Assembly (NCBI GenBank): GCA_030141605.1
Contig: JAQGDQ010000093.1
Coordinates: 434,001 to 498,000 of the forward strand
Length of the DNA: 64,000 bases
Direction: 5' to 3'
From: Tubiluchus corallicola
Taxonomy: Eukaryota; Animalia; Priapulida
Shown here: positions 53,328-64,000 of the stretch, piece after piece
Layout of the letters: the number at the start of each line of letters is the position of its first letter
Numbering within the stretch: position 1 is the first letter of the stretch
Notes under the pieces: generated by a model
Databases searched by the model: none
Seen by the model: only the letters and a program-made list of their open reading frames with translations
What the model was told of the DNA's origin: nothing
Position numbers and translations under genes: made by a program

Positions 53328-53742
53328 CTGAAAAAATACGAAACTCATAACTGCAAGCTTCAATATGTAGAATAATAACAGTACAATCACACCGCTCAGT
53401 CCTCACCTTAAGCTTCAGTATTAAATGCTTCATTGCAATGGACAAATTTAGCGTAACAGCACAGCTAAAATATGCTTACAAAAGCAAGTTAACAATTTCA
53501 GACATGCCTAAGAGTAACTTTCTAAAAATAGCCTGGTTTTCCTAATTTAGAAAACCACAAAAGGTACAGACTTCAGATGATAAGCATTTGAGAATTTTTA
53601 AAGTTAACATATCACGCCTAATCAAAGTTAATCTAATAAGTTTAAAAATGTACTACTGCAAGTCTATAACAACATGGTAACCACTTCAACAATTTTAACA
53701 ATTAGCACCAAAGAGTTTGTACTGTAATCAGATACCTTAGAA

Positions 53743-54246
53743 CAGTAGTTCCCAACATTTTATTGATGGTGATCCCTTCCCAGAACCCTGTATCATATCG
53801 CGACCCCACGAAGAACGTAATCACATGTTATACCATTACACATTATCGTTTGCGTTTATTAATTTTAACTTACTATTCAAGTAATTATTGACCAATGAGT
53901 GATTGTTTCATTAATTAATTAATTAATGTGATGGTTGCACCTGTTCCTCAGCAACCAGTATTGCAATGCGGTAGGTATGCAATGAGATACTGAATAGCGA
54001 CACGCTGTCGGGAGGTGTACACTGTACAGAACAATGCACGTTTTCATTTTCCCGGAAAATCAAGCACTGGTATACCGCATTTAGAGCAGGAAAACCCAGT
54101 TTCACTTTCCAAAAATAAATGATGTAATGAGATACTGAGGAAACAAGACCTACTTACATACTTTTCTTGAAAAGAGCATTTTTTAAAAATAGTTTTTGGA
54201 CTAGCCCGCGACCCCACGAAAAGTGCTTCAAGGTTGGGAACCCATG
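53743..54246. mobile_element. hAT (Charlie/Buster-like) MITE
   Basis: cagtagttcccaac...gttgggaacccatg, 8-bp TSD ccttagaa/ccctggaa, subterminal cgcgacccca repeats. Confidence 0.75.
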
Positions 54247-54340
54247 CCCTGGAATATTAAGCAGCTTATGTCACTGCTGTCAATATATAGGAACAATTAT
54301 CCAAAACAGAAAAAAATTAATATCCGAAGAGATTGCTTAC

Positions 54341-54432
54341 CGCAAACGGCGCACGTTCTCCTGCTCGATCTCCACTTTGGGCGTACTTTCTGGCTCTGGC
54401 GTCTCCTTTTCTTGCCCATCGGTAATAGGATA
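54341..54432 (-). CDS. RSBN1: RSBN1-like exon
   Basis: YPITDGQEKETPEPESTPKVEIEQENVRRL, ttttag/gtaagc, phase 0/2 links the flanking exons exactly. Confidence 0.8.
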
Positions 54433-54641
54433 CTAAAATGACAGAATACACAACTTGAGCAAAATTTGTTATTAGCTGCAATGTGCTGACATGAATGCTT
54501 GATTGATTTAAAACTATGGTAGTAATCCCACTGATGATGAGTTATGAACACCAGTACACTTAGATACAGTCGGAGGCCGTTCTACATTTTAGAAGAGGAA
54601 TTAGCTCTAAATAGTAGCTATTACTACATGTATAGTGTAAT

Positions 54642-55150
54642 CAGTGGCAGCACCCCTTGTTTTCACTCGTTATTATCGCCGGTAGTCAAAATAAAAAGTC
54701 TTTTTTCTTTAGTTCTTTTTTTATACTTGTACAGAACCGGAGTACAATTTGCTACACAGGCCAAACAATGTGGTGTTTGCTATTGTGCGCATGTCTGAGA
54801 TAACATGCTGTATACTAACATCTGCTGCTAGGTAGAAAAGTACTGCCAGTATCACAGTAACAATTACCACGTGCTTACCGTGTACCATCATATCCTTGAT
54901 GTGATAAAGTGTAAACTTAGCGCGTGTGCTTAAAACATAAATTATTTAATAATGGATGCCTTGCATCCCAGAGAAATAAGTTCTGTGACTGTAAGTGAAC
55001 TACAACAGCTTAATTTTTCACAGTTGTCTCTCCATGAGAAAGTTGCAGTTAAGAAAAGAGGCCGTTCAACACCCCATCTTCAAATATAACTACAACATTA
55101 AAATTACATGTATTCCTTACGTTTACACAGTATTAAAACAATGGCTAGAA
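54642..55150 (+). mobile_element. Family C hAT derivative (3'-truncated) retaining a transposase N-terminal mini-ORF at 54952-55089
   Basis: Near-identical to the interior of 31873-32432. ORF MDALHPREISSVTVSELQQLNFSQLSLHEKVAVKKRGRSTPHLQI*. Confidence 0.75.
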
Positions 55151-55577
55151 ATTTAAAAGTACAGTAAAACCAATTACCCCCATAGAAACTATTATTAAGA
55201 AAATTTGGTTAATAAAACCCGTGTGCCACTTAATAAAACCAAACTTTTCAGTAATAGAAGACAAAACCAATAGCAAAATAAAAAAATAAAACGAATTTAT
55301 GGAAGTTTTCTTATTGTTTAGTATTATTTAAGTCACATTTCCTAGACTCATCTATTCTTAACCAAAGTATTTTTAGCAAAACAGGTAAACAGTAAGTTTA
55401 TAAGCACCTTTATAGCTTACTACTACTCACTGTATCATGTCTTGATAGACGTATTCCCAATTCTATGTATTGAACATTTTTTCAATGTCTGCTCTACCTC
55501 ATTAAATTTTTATACTATATTATAGTAATTATTTCTATACATTGTACAACTAGAGTATACTATAAAATATAATATTA

Positions 55578-55970
55578 CAGGGTTCCCACAGGATTTCAAA
55601 ATAAATTTCCCTGACTTTTACGTGACAAAGATAAGCAAAAACTGTGTTACTAGTATACATATTGAAGCATTTTTGTGTATGGATATTCATACATATACTG
55701 ATATATCATGTGTCAGCAAATCATTATTACTGGAGCAGAAATCGAAACTGGGAGCCTGCCATAACAATATTTTATTTGAACATGAATGGCTGAAAAATAC
55801 TGGTGCACGGTGAACATTTTTGCAACCCCTTCCAATTTCTTTGACTATTCGCCCCATTTTCATCATTTTACCTGACTTTTTACCAAATTATTTTTTCCAT
55901 GACTTTCTAGGATAGCCTGTACAATCCTTTCAAGGATTTTCCAGGACTTTCCCTGACCGCGGGAACCCTG
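55578..55970. mobile_element. Family D MITE, 6-bp TSD
   Basis: atatta|cagggttccc ... gggaaccctg|atatta. Confidence 0.9.
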
Positions 55971-56366
55971 ATATTAGAATAAGGGCAACATGTACAAGAC
56001 AGCATGGTCGTATGTTTGCCATCGCATTTGGTATTCTTGATGTAGTACTATTACCATCCACGTGTGCAAAATAAAATAATTTTTATTCTCATTCTTCTCT
56101 TAAATCAGTCTGAAAGTTAAAGTCGATTGTTTCATCATAACCACTCTGCACGTACAGCTGCTAAAGTACACTGTAGTCTGTTGAATGTTGTGAACTCCTG
56201 AGTTACTGTTGTGACAGAATGCGGGAGAGCAGACTGTCCCGTGTTTAACTGTCATACTGTATTAAAGTGAAGTGCTTAGTACTTTGTCAAATACACTTTT
56301 GCAACAGGCCACCGCATAATAAAACCATAGTTTATCAAGACCACTTATTGCTGGTTCAACGTCTAA

Positions 56367-57004
56367 AGCACTAGAAAACCCCCCACTTACATTCTGCCTT
56401 TTTGCATACAGGGCTTGCATCGGCAGTAACATTGTATAAAACCTGTGAATTTAAACTCCCACGATGACTGTTAGGTGCAGCCATTTTGAAGATAAGTCAT
56501 TTGAAACAAGTTTAGATAACACTGAGTAAAGTTTGAAAAAATAATCACAGTATTCGTAGCACACCCCCTAACTAAATAAAATCTTAAATTACTGTATCTT
56601 GTCAATAAAATTAAAAATACGTTTTTTGGTTAGTGAGTGTTGCACCCTGGAGGTAAGTCAATAGTATTTTACCAATTGGTGAAAACATTTTAAATAATTA
56701 ATAATTTTTTTCTAGTTACAGGCCTTTCCAACAGGTTTACAGACAAACGAAATGTTAAGTAATGTTTATATTTGCATGGAAAGTTTTTTGGGACATAGTT
56801 GAACATTTCTTTTTCTTCCCCTGATTTATATTTGCATAGGTGACGTCATGTAATGGGGTACAGTATTGCGGGAGATTTAAAATGAAAACAAACAAAAAAT
56901 CCTTTCAATGAAAGTACAATATATGCACATAATTGCTATAAACTAATATAATTTTTTAAGGAGATTTTTCTGAAACCTACTTCAGGTATCCCCTTTCTTG
57001 TCCT
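56367..57004 (-). mobile_element. Kolobok-like family B copy
   Basis: Ends tttcttgtcct|ttaa. Reverse complement of 16330-16988. Confidence 0.85.
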
Positions 57005-57160
57005 TTAAGCAGCGTCTACTGCATTATGTTATCTGTATTGTGAGAATATGTGGTTGGACATTCAGAAACAATCAGCACACGTAATTAGCAAAAGTCCTGT
57101 ATATGCAAATAGTAACCAAATGCCAGTTACCTTCTATGTAGCTATGAATCAAAGTTATAT

Positions 57161-57807
57161 ATGTCTGCTTGTAAACCAAAATCGTCCATAAGTCGGCATA
57201 GTTAAACCACGTGATGATGCTTCAAAGTAGAATGTACCAAAAATTTGGTCAAATGTCAATTTTTTGAGTTTTATAAAAACAAATGCTAAATATATTGGAC
57301 TTTCATATGATAGCATCAAATTATTAAGAAAATGTTTAAAAAATACTAAAAATTTAATGTTAAAACCAACTACCCACTTTTCTGGTTAGAAATTAGTATT
57401 ACTATTGTATTTTCAAACTTCGATAGAAGTTCGTGGAAGCAGTCTTTTTGTTTCGAGTTTTTTCTGTTGCCAACCATAGATCTTCGTCTGGAAGAGCCAT
57501 CTACTGGATTTAAGCATAACTTTAATGTGGTCTTGCAAAGCCCATAGCAACCACCCGCTCATATGGTTGCTAAGTGTTTTGTACAAATGTGACAAAAAAC
57601 AATGATTAACTTTAAGAGTGATTTTCTCAAGATTATGGTTTTCAGTGCGTAGTCTGCACCTCAACGTGGATTATCTTAGCTTAGAAATAGCATAGAGTGA
57701 TGAACTTGATATGAAAAAGATCCTCATGAAATGGAGATTCAGGATACGTGAATAACTAGAAAAACTAGAATTGCCGACTTATCGATGATTTTGGTATGCA
57801 AGCACAC
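57161..57807 (-). mobile_element. MITE family A copy with ~36-bp TIRs
   Basis: gtctgcttgtaaaccaaaatcgtccataagtcggca versus tgccgacttatcgatgattttggtatgcaagcacac. Confidence 0.85.
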
Positions 57808-57824
57808 AAATACTACACAGATAC

Positions 57825-58054
57825 CTCCAAGTGCAAGGCATGTTGCACAAACTCTGGAGCAATAACTTTGCCCTTCGCGGAGTCTTCAATCTCACTGCGT
57901 CTGTGCTTGTGATGATGGTGCTTATGCTTGTGATGATGATGATGGTGACGGTGATGACGATGGTGACGGTCCTTGTGTTTCTTTTTCCGATGTGAGCCGT
58001 GTTCTTCGTGTACCAAAGCATGTAGATCTTGTTCTGTTTGCGAAAACTCTTTGA
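57825..58054 (-). CDS. RSBN1: RSBN1-like His/Lys-rich exon (5'-most exon found)
   Basis: catgcag acceptor, gag|gtatct donor, phase 1/0. KEFSQ...HRKKKHKDRHHRHHRHHHHHHKHKHHHHKHRR; vertebrate RSBN1 proteins also have an H/K-rich N-terminal tract. Confidence 0.8.
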
Positions 58055-58127
58055 CTGCATGTAAAAAAAATTAAAAAGAGAAATTAAAACAGAATATTTT
58101 TATTCACATTGATTATGTCAACTTTAA

Positions 58128-58579
58128 AGGAAAGGCCAATCCGTCTGGGAGTTCTGACTTAATTAAATGTTCACGAAAAATGTTAGGTATGTGTAATAAG
58201 CAACTCATGCATTTAGTAAAATCACTTTAGAGTTGTAATCATTTCACATTTGGGCGCTCCCATTTTGAATGTGGATTCTTCCATCAATAACATCATATTA
58301 GCTCCATAGCCAATTCTGTGATACGTTTGCATTAGATATATTATGTAAGCTGCAGAAGTTTGAATTAATTTAAGCAGCGCACTTACGGAGAGTCACGAAG
58401 TCAATCAGTTGCGTCATGATATTCAAGTGAATGGCGGCTATCACCGCACTGAAAAATTCCTATACAGTGGCGTTATAAATTAACTTAATGCTCTATAAGC
58501 AGTTTCTTTGTTGTATTTTTCTAAGTTTAAGTGATAACGGTAAAATAAAGCCAACGTGCTAAGTGACTTGTGGTTTCAT
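58128..58579 (+). mobile_element. Kolobok-like family G copy
   Basis: ttaa|aggaaaggcc ... ggtttcat|ttaa, inverse of 13405-13940. Confidence 0.7.
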
Positions 58580-59771
58580 TTAACATAGCAGTACAATACG
58601 GCACACCAAATAGCATACGGCAGTTATTATGACCCTACGTTACCTGTTCTCTCTGTTGTGCTTTTATATTGTTTGATATTGAAATATACAGGCGAGGGGT
58701 TGATTTCGTAAGTTAAGTAAACTAACTCTCAGCTTCTGTCTCGGTTTGCAAAAATTATCTTCTTCAATCTATCCGAAAGTATAGATGATTTTTTATATCA
58801 TGCCCACTTTGAAGTATGGTAAAAAGTATAAATTTTAGCGCCTATAGTAATGCCAAACTTAAAGCAGAACCAGACTGTAGGTCAAAACAATCTACTCTTT
58901 AAAATGTTGAAAGTAATCATGCTATTTTTTAAAAAAAATATGTGAAAGAATTATTACCACAAAACACAATGTCTTTTGTGCATATAATTCTTAAAACAGC
59001 AATATGCTCCCTTTCAATATTTTATAGGGTAGATTGTTTTCAATTATAGTTTAAGAATAGGTCTGGTTTTCATAATTTCATTTAAAATATTTCGCAACTG
59101 GCAAGCATTTCTGCTTGTAGTTTAGATATGTTAACAGACAATGAAAACTTTTAGTGCTATTTTTAAAACAGTTATTACAGCAATAATTTTTCCCAGTGTG
59201 ACAGCATATAAGCACTAACACCTAATGTAGATAGAGGAGAATACACATATACATCAGACAAATATACATGCACACATAGCAAGCAAAACAAACCACAAGG
59301 AGGGAAATGACTGCACGACCCGGGGGATATTTGTATCCGTCACCAGCTCGTTAACATCTCTGAGCTGAAAATGTAATGTTCTAGACATCTTAAAATGCAA
59401 TTTCACTAGTAGGACCAGTTTTTCTGTGTCGTCCGGGCAAAATAAAATGGGTTGCGCAGGCAGTCACAACAGATATAGCTATAATAAGTATATCTATACT
59501 AATAAATTATAATATATTTAATAACAATAATAAAATAATAAATAATAATAAAATCTACACTAAGTATAAATTAAAGTACTTGCTCTCAGATAAGAAATAA
59601 ATAGGAAAGTTAATGACTAAATTATGATTGCTTGGTTATCAGCAGGCCATCTCTACTAAGAGGCCTATCTAGCCTGGTTTGCATAAGTTCTGTATAAAGG
59701 GAGTGTATGCTGTTTGGCATAAGTTGCGTGTAATTTGGGCCTTGGGATAATTGGAGTCTATTTTAGTTTAA

Positions 59772-60435
59772 AACACAAGAAAACCCTCAACTTACATAAA
59801 GATTTTCTACCACTTACATACTGCCTTTTTGCATATTAGACTTGCGTCGGCAATAACGCTGTATAAAATATGTAAATTTAAACTTCCACGATGACCGTTA
59901 GATGCAGCCATTTTGACGATAAGCCATTTGAAACAAGTTTAGATAATATTCAGTAAAGTTTGAAAAAATAATCAGAGCATTCTTAGTACACACATCATTA
60001 ACTAAGTAAAATTTTAAATTACTGTATCTTGTCAATAAGACTAAAAATGCATTTTTGATTAGTGAATGGTGCACCTTAGGTGGTGAGTCAGTGATGTTTT
60101 ACCAATTAATGAAAGCATTTTAAATAATTAATAATTTTCTTTTCTAGTTACATAAGTCTTTCAAGCAGGTAAGCGAAATGCTAAGTAATATAACTTTGCA
60201 TTCAATGTTTTTTGGTACATAGTTTAACATGTACTTTTCTTCCCCTGATTTCAGTATGGGTAAGTAACATCATGTAATGGCGACTTCAGAACAGTATTGA
60301 GGGAGATTTAAAATGAAAACAAACAAAAGATCCTTTCAATGTGAGTACGATATATGCATAAAATTGCTATAAAGTAATATAATTTCTTAAAGCGATTTTT
60401 CTGAAACCTACTTTAGATACCCCTTTTCTGGTCTT
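59772..60435 (-). mobile_element. Kolobok-like family B copy
   Basis: TTAA at 59768 and 60436, full-length similarity to other copies. Confidence 0.85.
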
Positions 60436-60479
60436 TTAAGTGATGCAATGATTTAAAGACTTCATGTTTCAAACTTTAA

Positions 60480-60722
60480 AGGAAGACAGGACGGCAATCG
60501 CACACAACCAATGAACATAAATTTCAACAGCAAAAATATTCCTGCTGTGCTCATGCATGAGCTGTCAAACGTGTGTAGTGCGAAGAACTAGTGGCACGAA
60601 TGCGAAATTGTGTTTGTGTTTCTTTCGCGTAAGTAATTTTTGAAAAAATAGTATGTTTCCGTTCAATATTTTAAAGAGGAGGTTGCTTTAACCTACAGTT
60701 TAGGATTGGGTCCGGTTCTGCT
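60480..60722 (+). mobile_element. Internally deleted Kolobok-like family F copy
   Basis: ttaa|aggaagacaggac ... gtccggttctgct|ttaa. Confidence 0.75.
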
Positions 60723-61215
60723 TTAAAGGGGAACAGAATCCAATCTTAATAACGTGTGCTTCAAGACTTGTATGCATTACTAATTTATGCACACAGCTCC
60801 CATAAATCAGGTGGCTCAGAATTAACTCAAATGACCTGTACACTCGACTACATGTGCATTAGTAACCCCTCTATAGTCACTATCATTAATAATGGCTAAC
60901 AGTCACAAAAACTGACTGCAGATACACGAATAATAAAATGAAAACCTGCTATGGTACTTCACCCAAAGATAGATAACAGTGTTTATGAACTTACAATATT
61001 TTGTCCACTTTATTAGAAATACTGTACTTAGCTGCTGCAAAGAAGATAGAACCAATTTGGATTATAAGGGATTATGCAACAAGTAGAGAAATTTAGACCC
61101 ACTTGAGATTGAAAGAGGAGCCTCCGTGGAGAGTCTACCCTGGTGGAAAAGCTGAATATATAACTATGGTATTGGCACTCACTTTAACTTAACATGTCCA
61201 TAGTTAAAGCCACAG

Positions 61216-61219
<4 letters not shown>

Positions 61220-61293
<74 letters not shown>
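61220..61293. repeat. (AT)n microsatellite
   Basis: Pure tract of about 74 bp. Confidence 0.97.
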
Positions 61294-61295
<2 letters not shown>

Positions 61296-61599
61296 ATGCA
61301 GGTAGAGAGATTATATCATTATGTTATTTTCTGTTAAACAAAGCAGAGCAACGAACTTATATTGCCAAAAATAAAAATAGTCAACTCAACTGATAAAAAA
61401 CAAATAACAGATTTCTTTCTACTATGATCATTTAAAGACAATGGTTGGCCATTGCACAGTAAACATCTGCTCTCTGTGGTTAGTCAATTGTAACTGTAAT
61501 GTGAATTATCAGGCAAAAAAGCAATATGCTGGAGACTGGGGTCCAGCAACCAGTAACAGAGCTTAGAAAAATATGTCCTTTGTGTCTCGTAATTGTTAA

Positions 61600-63354
61600 A
61601 GGAAAACCAGGCGATTGTTTAGTCTCAATCTCATTTTAATTTACTGTCCAAAATATACATTTTCTTGCCTATAAAAGTTAGCAATTGTTTCTTATATTTC
61701 AATAATTAGCTTAGAAAGTTAATTAACGGCAACCGAATACAGCTATTGCTTACGTTGCTGAATACAGCTACCACAGTTAGAGCAATGGCAGGCATCTTCC
61801 CTTGTGCGGCAAGCATGTTTGCATAAGTGTTACTGCTTAAACGTGTGAAAAGGAAGATCATGCTGTGAACAGATATTCACTCTCAGAAACATCATTGAGC
61901 AATGTATGGAATTCCAACAGCCCTTATTAATCAATTTTATTGATTTCAAGAAGGCTTTTGACTCTGTTCACAGGCAGTCTCTATGGAAAATTGCTTCTCT
62001 GTATGGTTTCCCACAGAAATTCATTTCAACCATCCAGAACTTTTACCAAAACAGCGGCTGTTGTATAAGAACACAAGAGGGAAACACCGAGTATTTCACC
62101 ATCGAAACTGGAGTTAAGCAAGGTTGCATTATGTCGCCATTCCTGTTCCTACTGACGATTGATTTCATCATGAACAAGGCGGTTGATGGTAAAAATCTAG
62201 GAATGCAATGGAAACAACAACAACGATTGGCAGATCTGGACTTTGCTGACGATATAGCTCTTCTGGAAACATCAAAAGAAAGCCTGCAACAACTGACCAC
62301 AAGTATGGAAGAAGTAGCGGGAAAAATTGGATTGAGAATTAGTCAAGAAAAGACCAAAGTTTTGAAAGTGTGGACAAACCAACAGAATGATGTACATATA
62401 ACAGTGGGAGGCCAAATGGTTAAGAACGTTACCAGTTTTTCATATCTGGGCAGTGTGATGACCTGTAATGGAGGTACAGAAAATGACATCAGGGGGAGAA
62501 TTGGCAAAGCAACAGCAGTATTTAGGAAGATGGGAAAAATCTGGACAAGCAAGAAAATTGACATGAAAATCAAACTTCGTCTGTACAACGCCATTGTGCT
62601 GCCAACGGCTCTCTATGCCAGCGAAACCTGGAAAGTCACAGCGGAGTTATCAAAGAAACTGAACGTCTTCCACCAAAAATGCCTTCGAAAGATACTAAAA
62701 ATCTCCTACCGCGACCATGTCACCAATGTAGAAGTTCTTCAACGAGCGCAGTCATTGCGGTTACAAGATATAGTTACAGAGAGAAGAATGAAACTGGCTG
62801 GACATATTCTCCGTCTATCAGAAAGTCGCTACGCCAAAACAGCAGTACAGTGGGAACCACCTGGTGGGAAACGAAAAAGAGGTCGGCCAAAAACAACGTG
62901 GCGCAGATCCTTCAAAGAAGACCTTCGAGCTGTCAACAGACGTTGGGAAAACGTAGAGAACGAAGCCGCCGATAGAACTCAGTGGAAAATGCTGTCTGCC
63001 CAATGTGCATCAATGCGCAGGAAGGACTAAGGTCTAAGGTAAGGTTAAACGTGTGATGTCACAAAAATGGGCTCTATGTCATATGATGTCAGAAACTAAC
63101 ACTGGTGTTCATGATCATGGTTACCATGGTACCGCTTCCTATTTGTTAGCCACGCGAATGTAACAAAAAGGCACCATTGCCAATCTTAGTAGATTCACAG
63201 AGCTGCGCTTAGCTTTGAAAGTTTAACAAAATTTGAGTATCCGAGGTAATTATTATATAATCTAAGCTTTGATTTAAAAAAGCTATTGTAGTTTTCAATA
63301 TTTTAGAGCATTCTTTATTCTGAACTAACGTTTACACAATCATCCGGTCTTGCT
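61600..63354 (+). mobile_element. Kolobok-like family H copy split by an RTE insertion
   Basis: TTAA at 61596 and 63355. Both halves match 27812-28306 in reverse. Confidence 0.8.
61849..63044 (+). mobile_element. 5'-truncated RTE-clade non-LTR retrotransposon (reverse transcriptase C-terminal part)
   Basis: Frame open from 61849 (KGRSCCEQIFTLRNIIE) through FIDFKKAFDSV, GVKQGCIMSPFLF, FADD, FSYLGS and GKRKRGRPKTTW to TAA at 63030. Short (TAAGG) tail, perfect 12-bp TSD ttaaacgtgtga (61837-61848, 63045-63056). Confidence 0.95.
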
Positions 63355-64000
63355 TTAATTCACACTATTAAAGTGAAACTAGCAGTTATTCATGAGTTGG
63401 ACACATAATTAAACTGAATGGTGACATTTGCCTACTTGAAATAGGACAAAATTATCAAAAAGGCAGTAATTTAAGTAATTTTTAGGCATTTAAAAGATAA
63501 TTTAAAGATAAAAGAATGTATAACTGCTTTTGTAATACAGCGCTACCTAATGGCTGCTGCCAACAAGGCCAAACCAATGCTTTTTTTAAATTCTGACATA
63601 ACATAGAATTTCAGCGGATTCGTGATTGCTGATGCTTGTCTCCACTGGTGTGGGAAAACGGTAATCTTTTGTAAGGGCTTTTAAACACTGCCTCTGTATT
63701 TGTATTACATGTATAAATCTGTATTACATTTATATTAATTGTAGTTTGCTTTTTAGCTGATGAAATAAACTGAATTTGAAATATGCATTATTTAAATACT
63801 AATTATTATTCATCCTCACAGTTTTCATTCATATCCCCACCTTTCATAATTTTAATTCAATCAAATCAAATCAAAGCTCCAAATCAAATCAGTTGAGTTG
63901 AGACTAAGACTCAAAATTTTCTACACTTTTCTAACAAACAATTTTATACCCATACCCATTGCAAATCCAATAGTCTCGTCAGGACTAGATGTTGAACATC

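Noticed and set aside
48338-53445. Nested and antisense ORFs over the giant exon
   Set aside because: Shadow frames of a long coding exon with no independent motifs.
57817-57824. U12-type intron (GTATCT donor)
   Set aside because: Reads gtatctgt, not the GTATCCTT consensus.
61906-63030. Domesticated RT, retron or other RT-based system
   Set aside because: Motifs, tail and TSD show an ordinary 5'-truncated RTE LINE; the ORF's ATG is an internal Met.
58055-64000. First exon and promoter of the RSBN1-like gene
   Set aside because: No convincing ATG-bearing phase 1 exon found; probably beyond the window, or missed.

Overview
AT-rich, intron-rich animal (invertebrate-like) nuclear DNA; no prokaryotic features. 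Three spliced genes can be rebuilt by hand with consistent splice phases. (1) The 3' part of a + strand gene (237-6500) with repeated C2H2 plus C-x-R-S/C-x-A/H-x-G-H zinc-binding modules like the N-termini of animal Mutator-like transposases, but without a DDE core. (2) A complete PFKFB gene (6-phosphofructo-2-kinase/fructose-2,6-bisphosphatase, + strand, about 12.6-37.7 kb) with nine shared coding exons and two well-supported plus two weaker alternative 5' exons. (3) A convergent RSBN1/DPY-21-like dioxygenase gene (- strand, 43294-58054, 5' end not found) with a 5.2 kb exon. Introns and intergenic DNA are full of non-autonomous DNA transposons (TTAA-flanked Kolobok-like, hAT-like with 8-bp TSDs, a family with 6-bp TSDs, Tc1/pogo-like). 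There is also a 5S rRNA-headed SINE, a solo LTR carrying heat-shock elements, and a young 5'-truncated RTE-clade LINE. All family assignments are from motif recognition only; no database search was run. I found no clearly new biological system; the best leads are the transposase-derived zinc-finger gene, the PFKFB 5' exon array and the HSE-bearing LTR.
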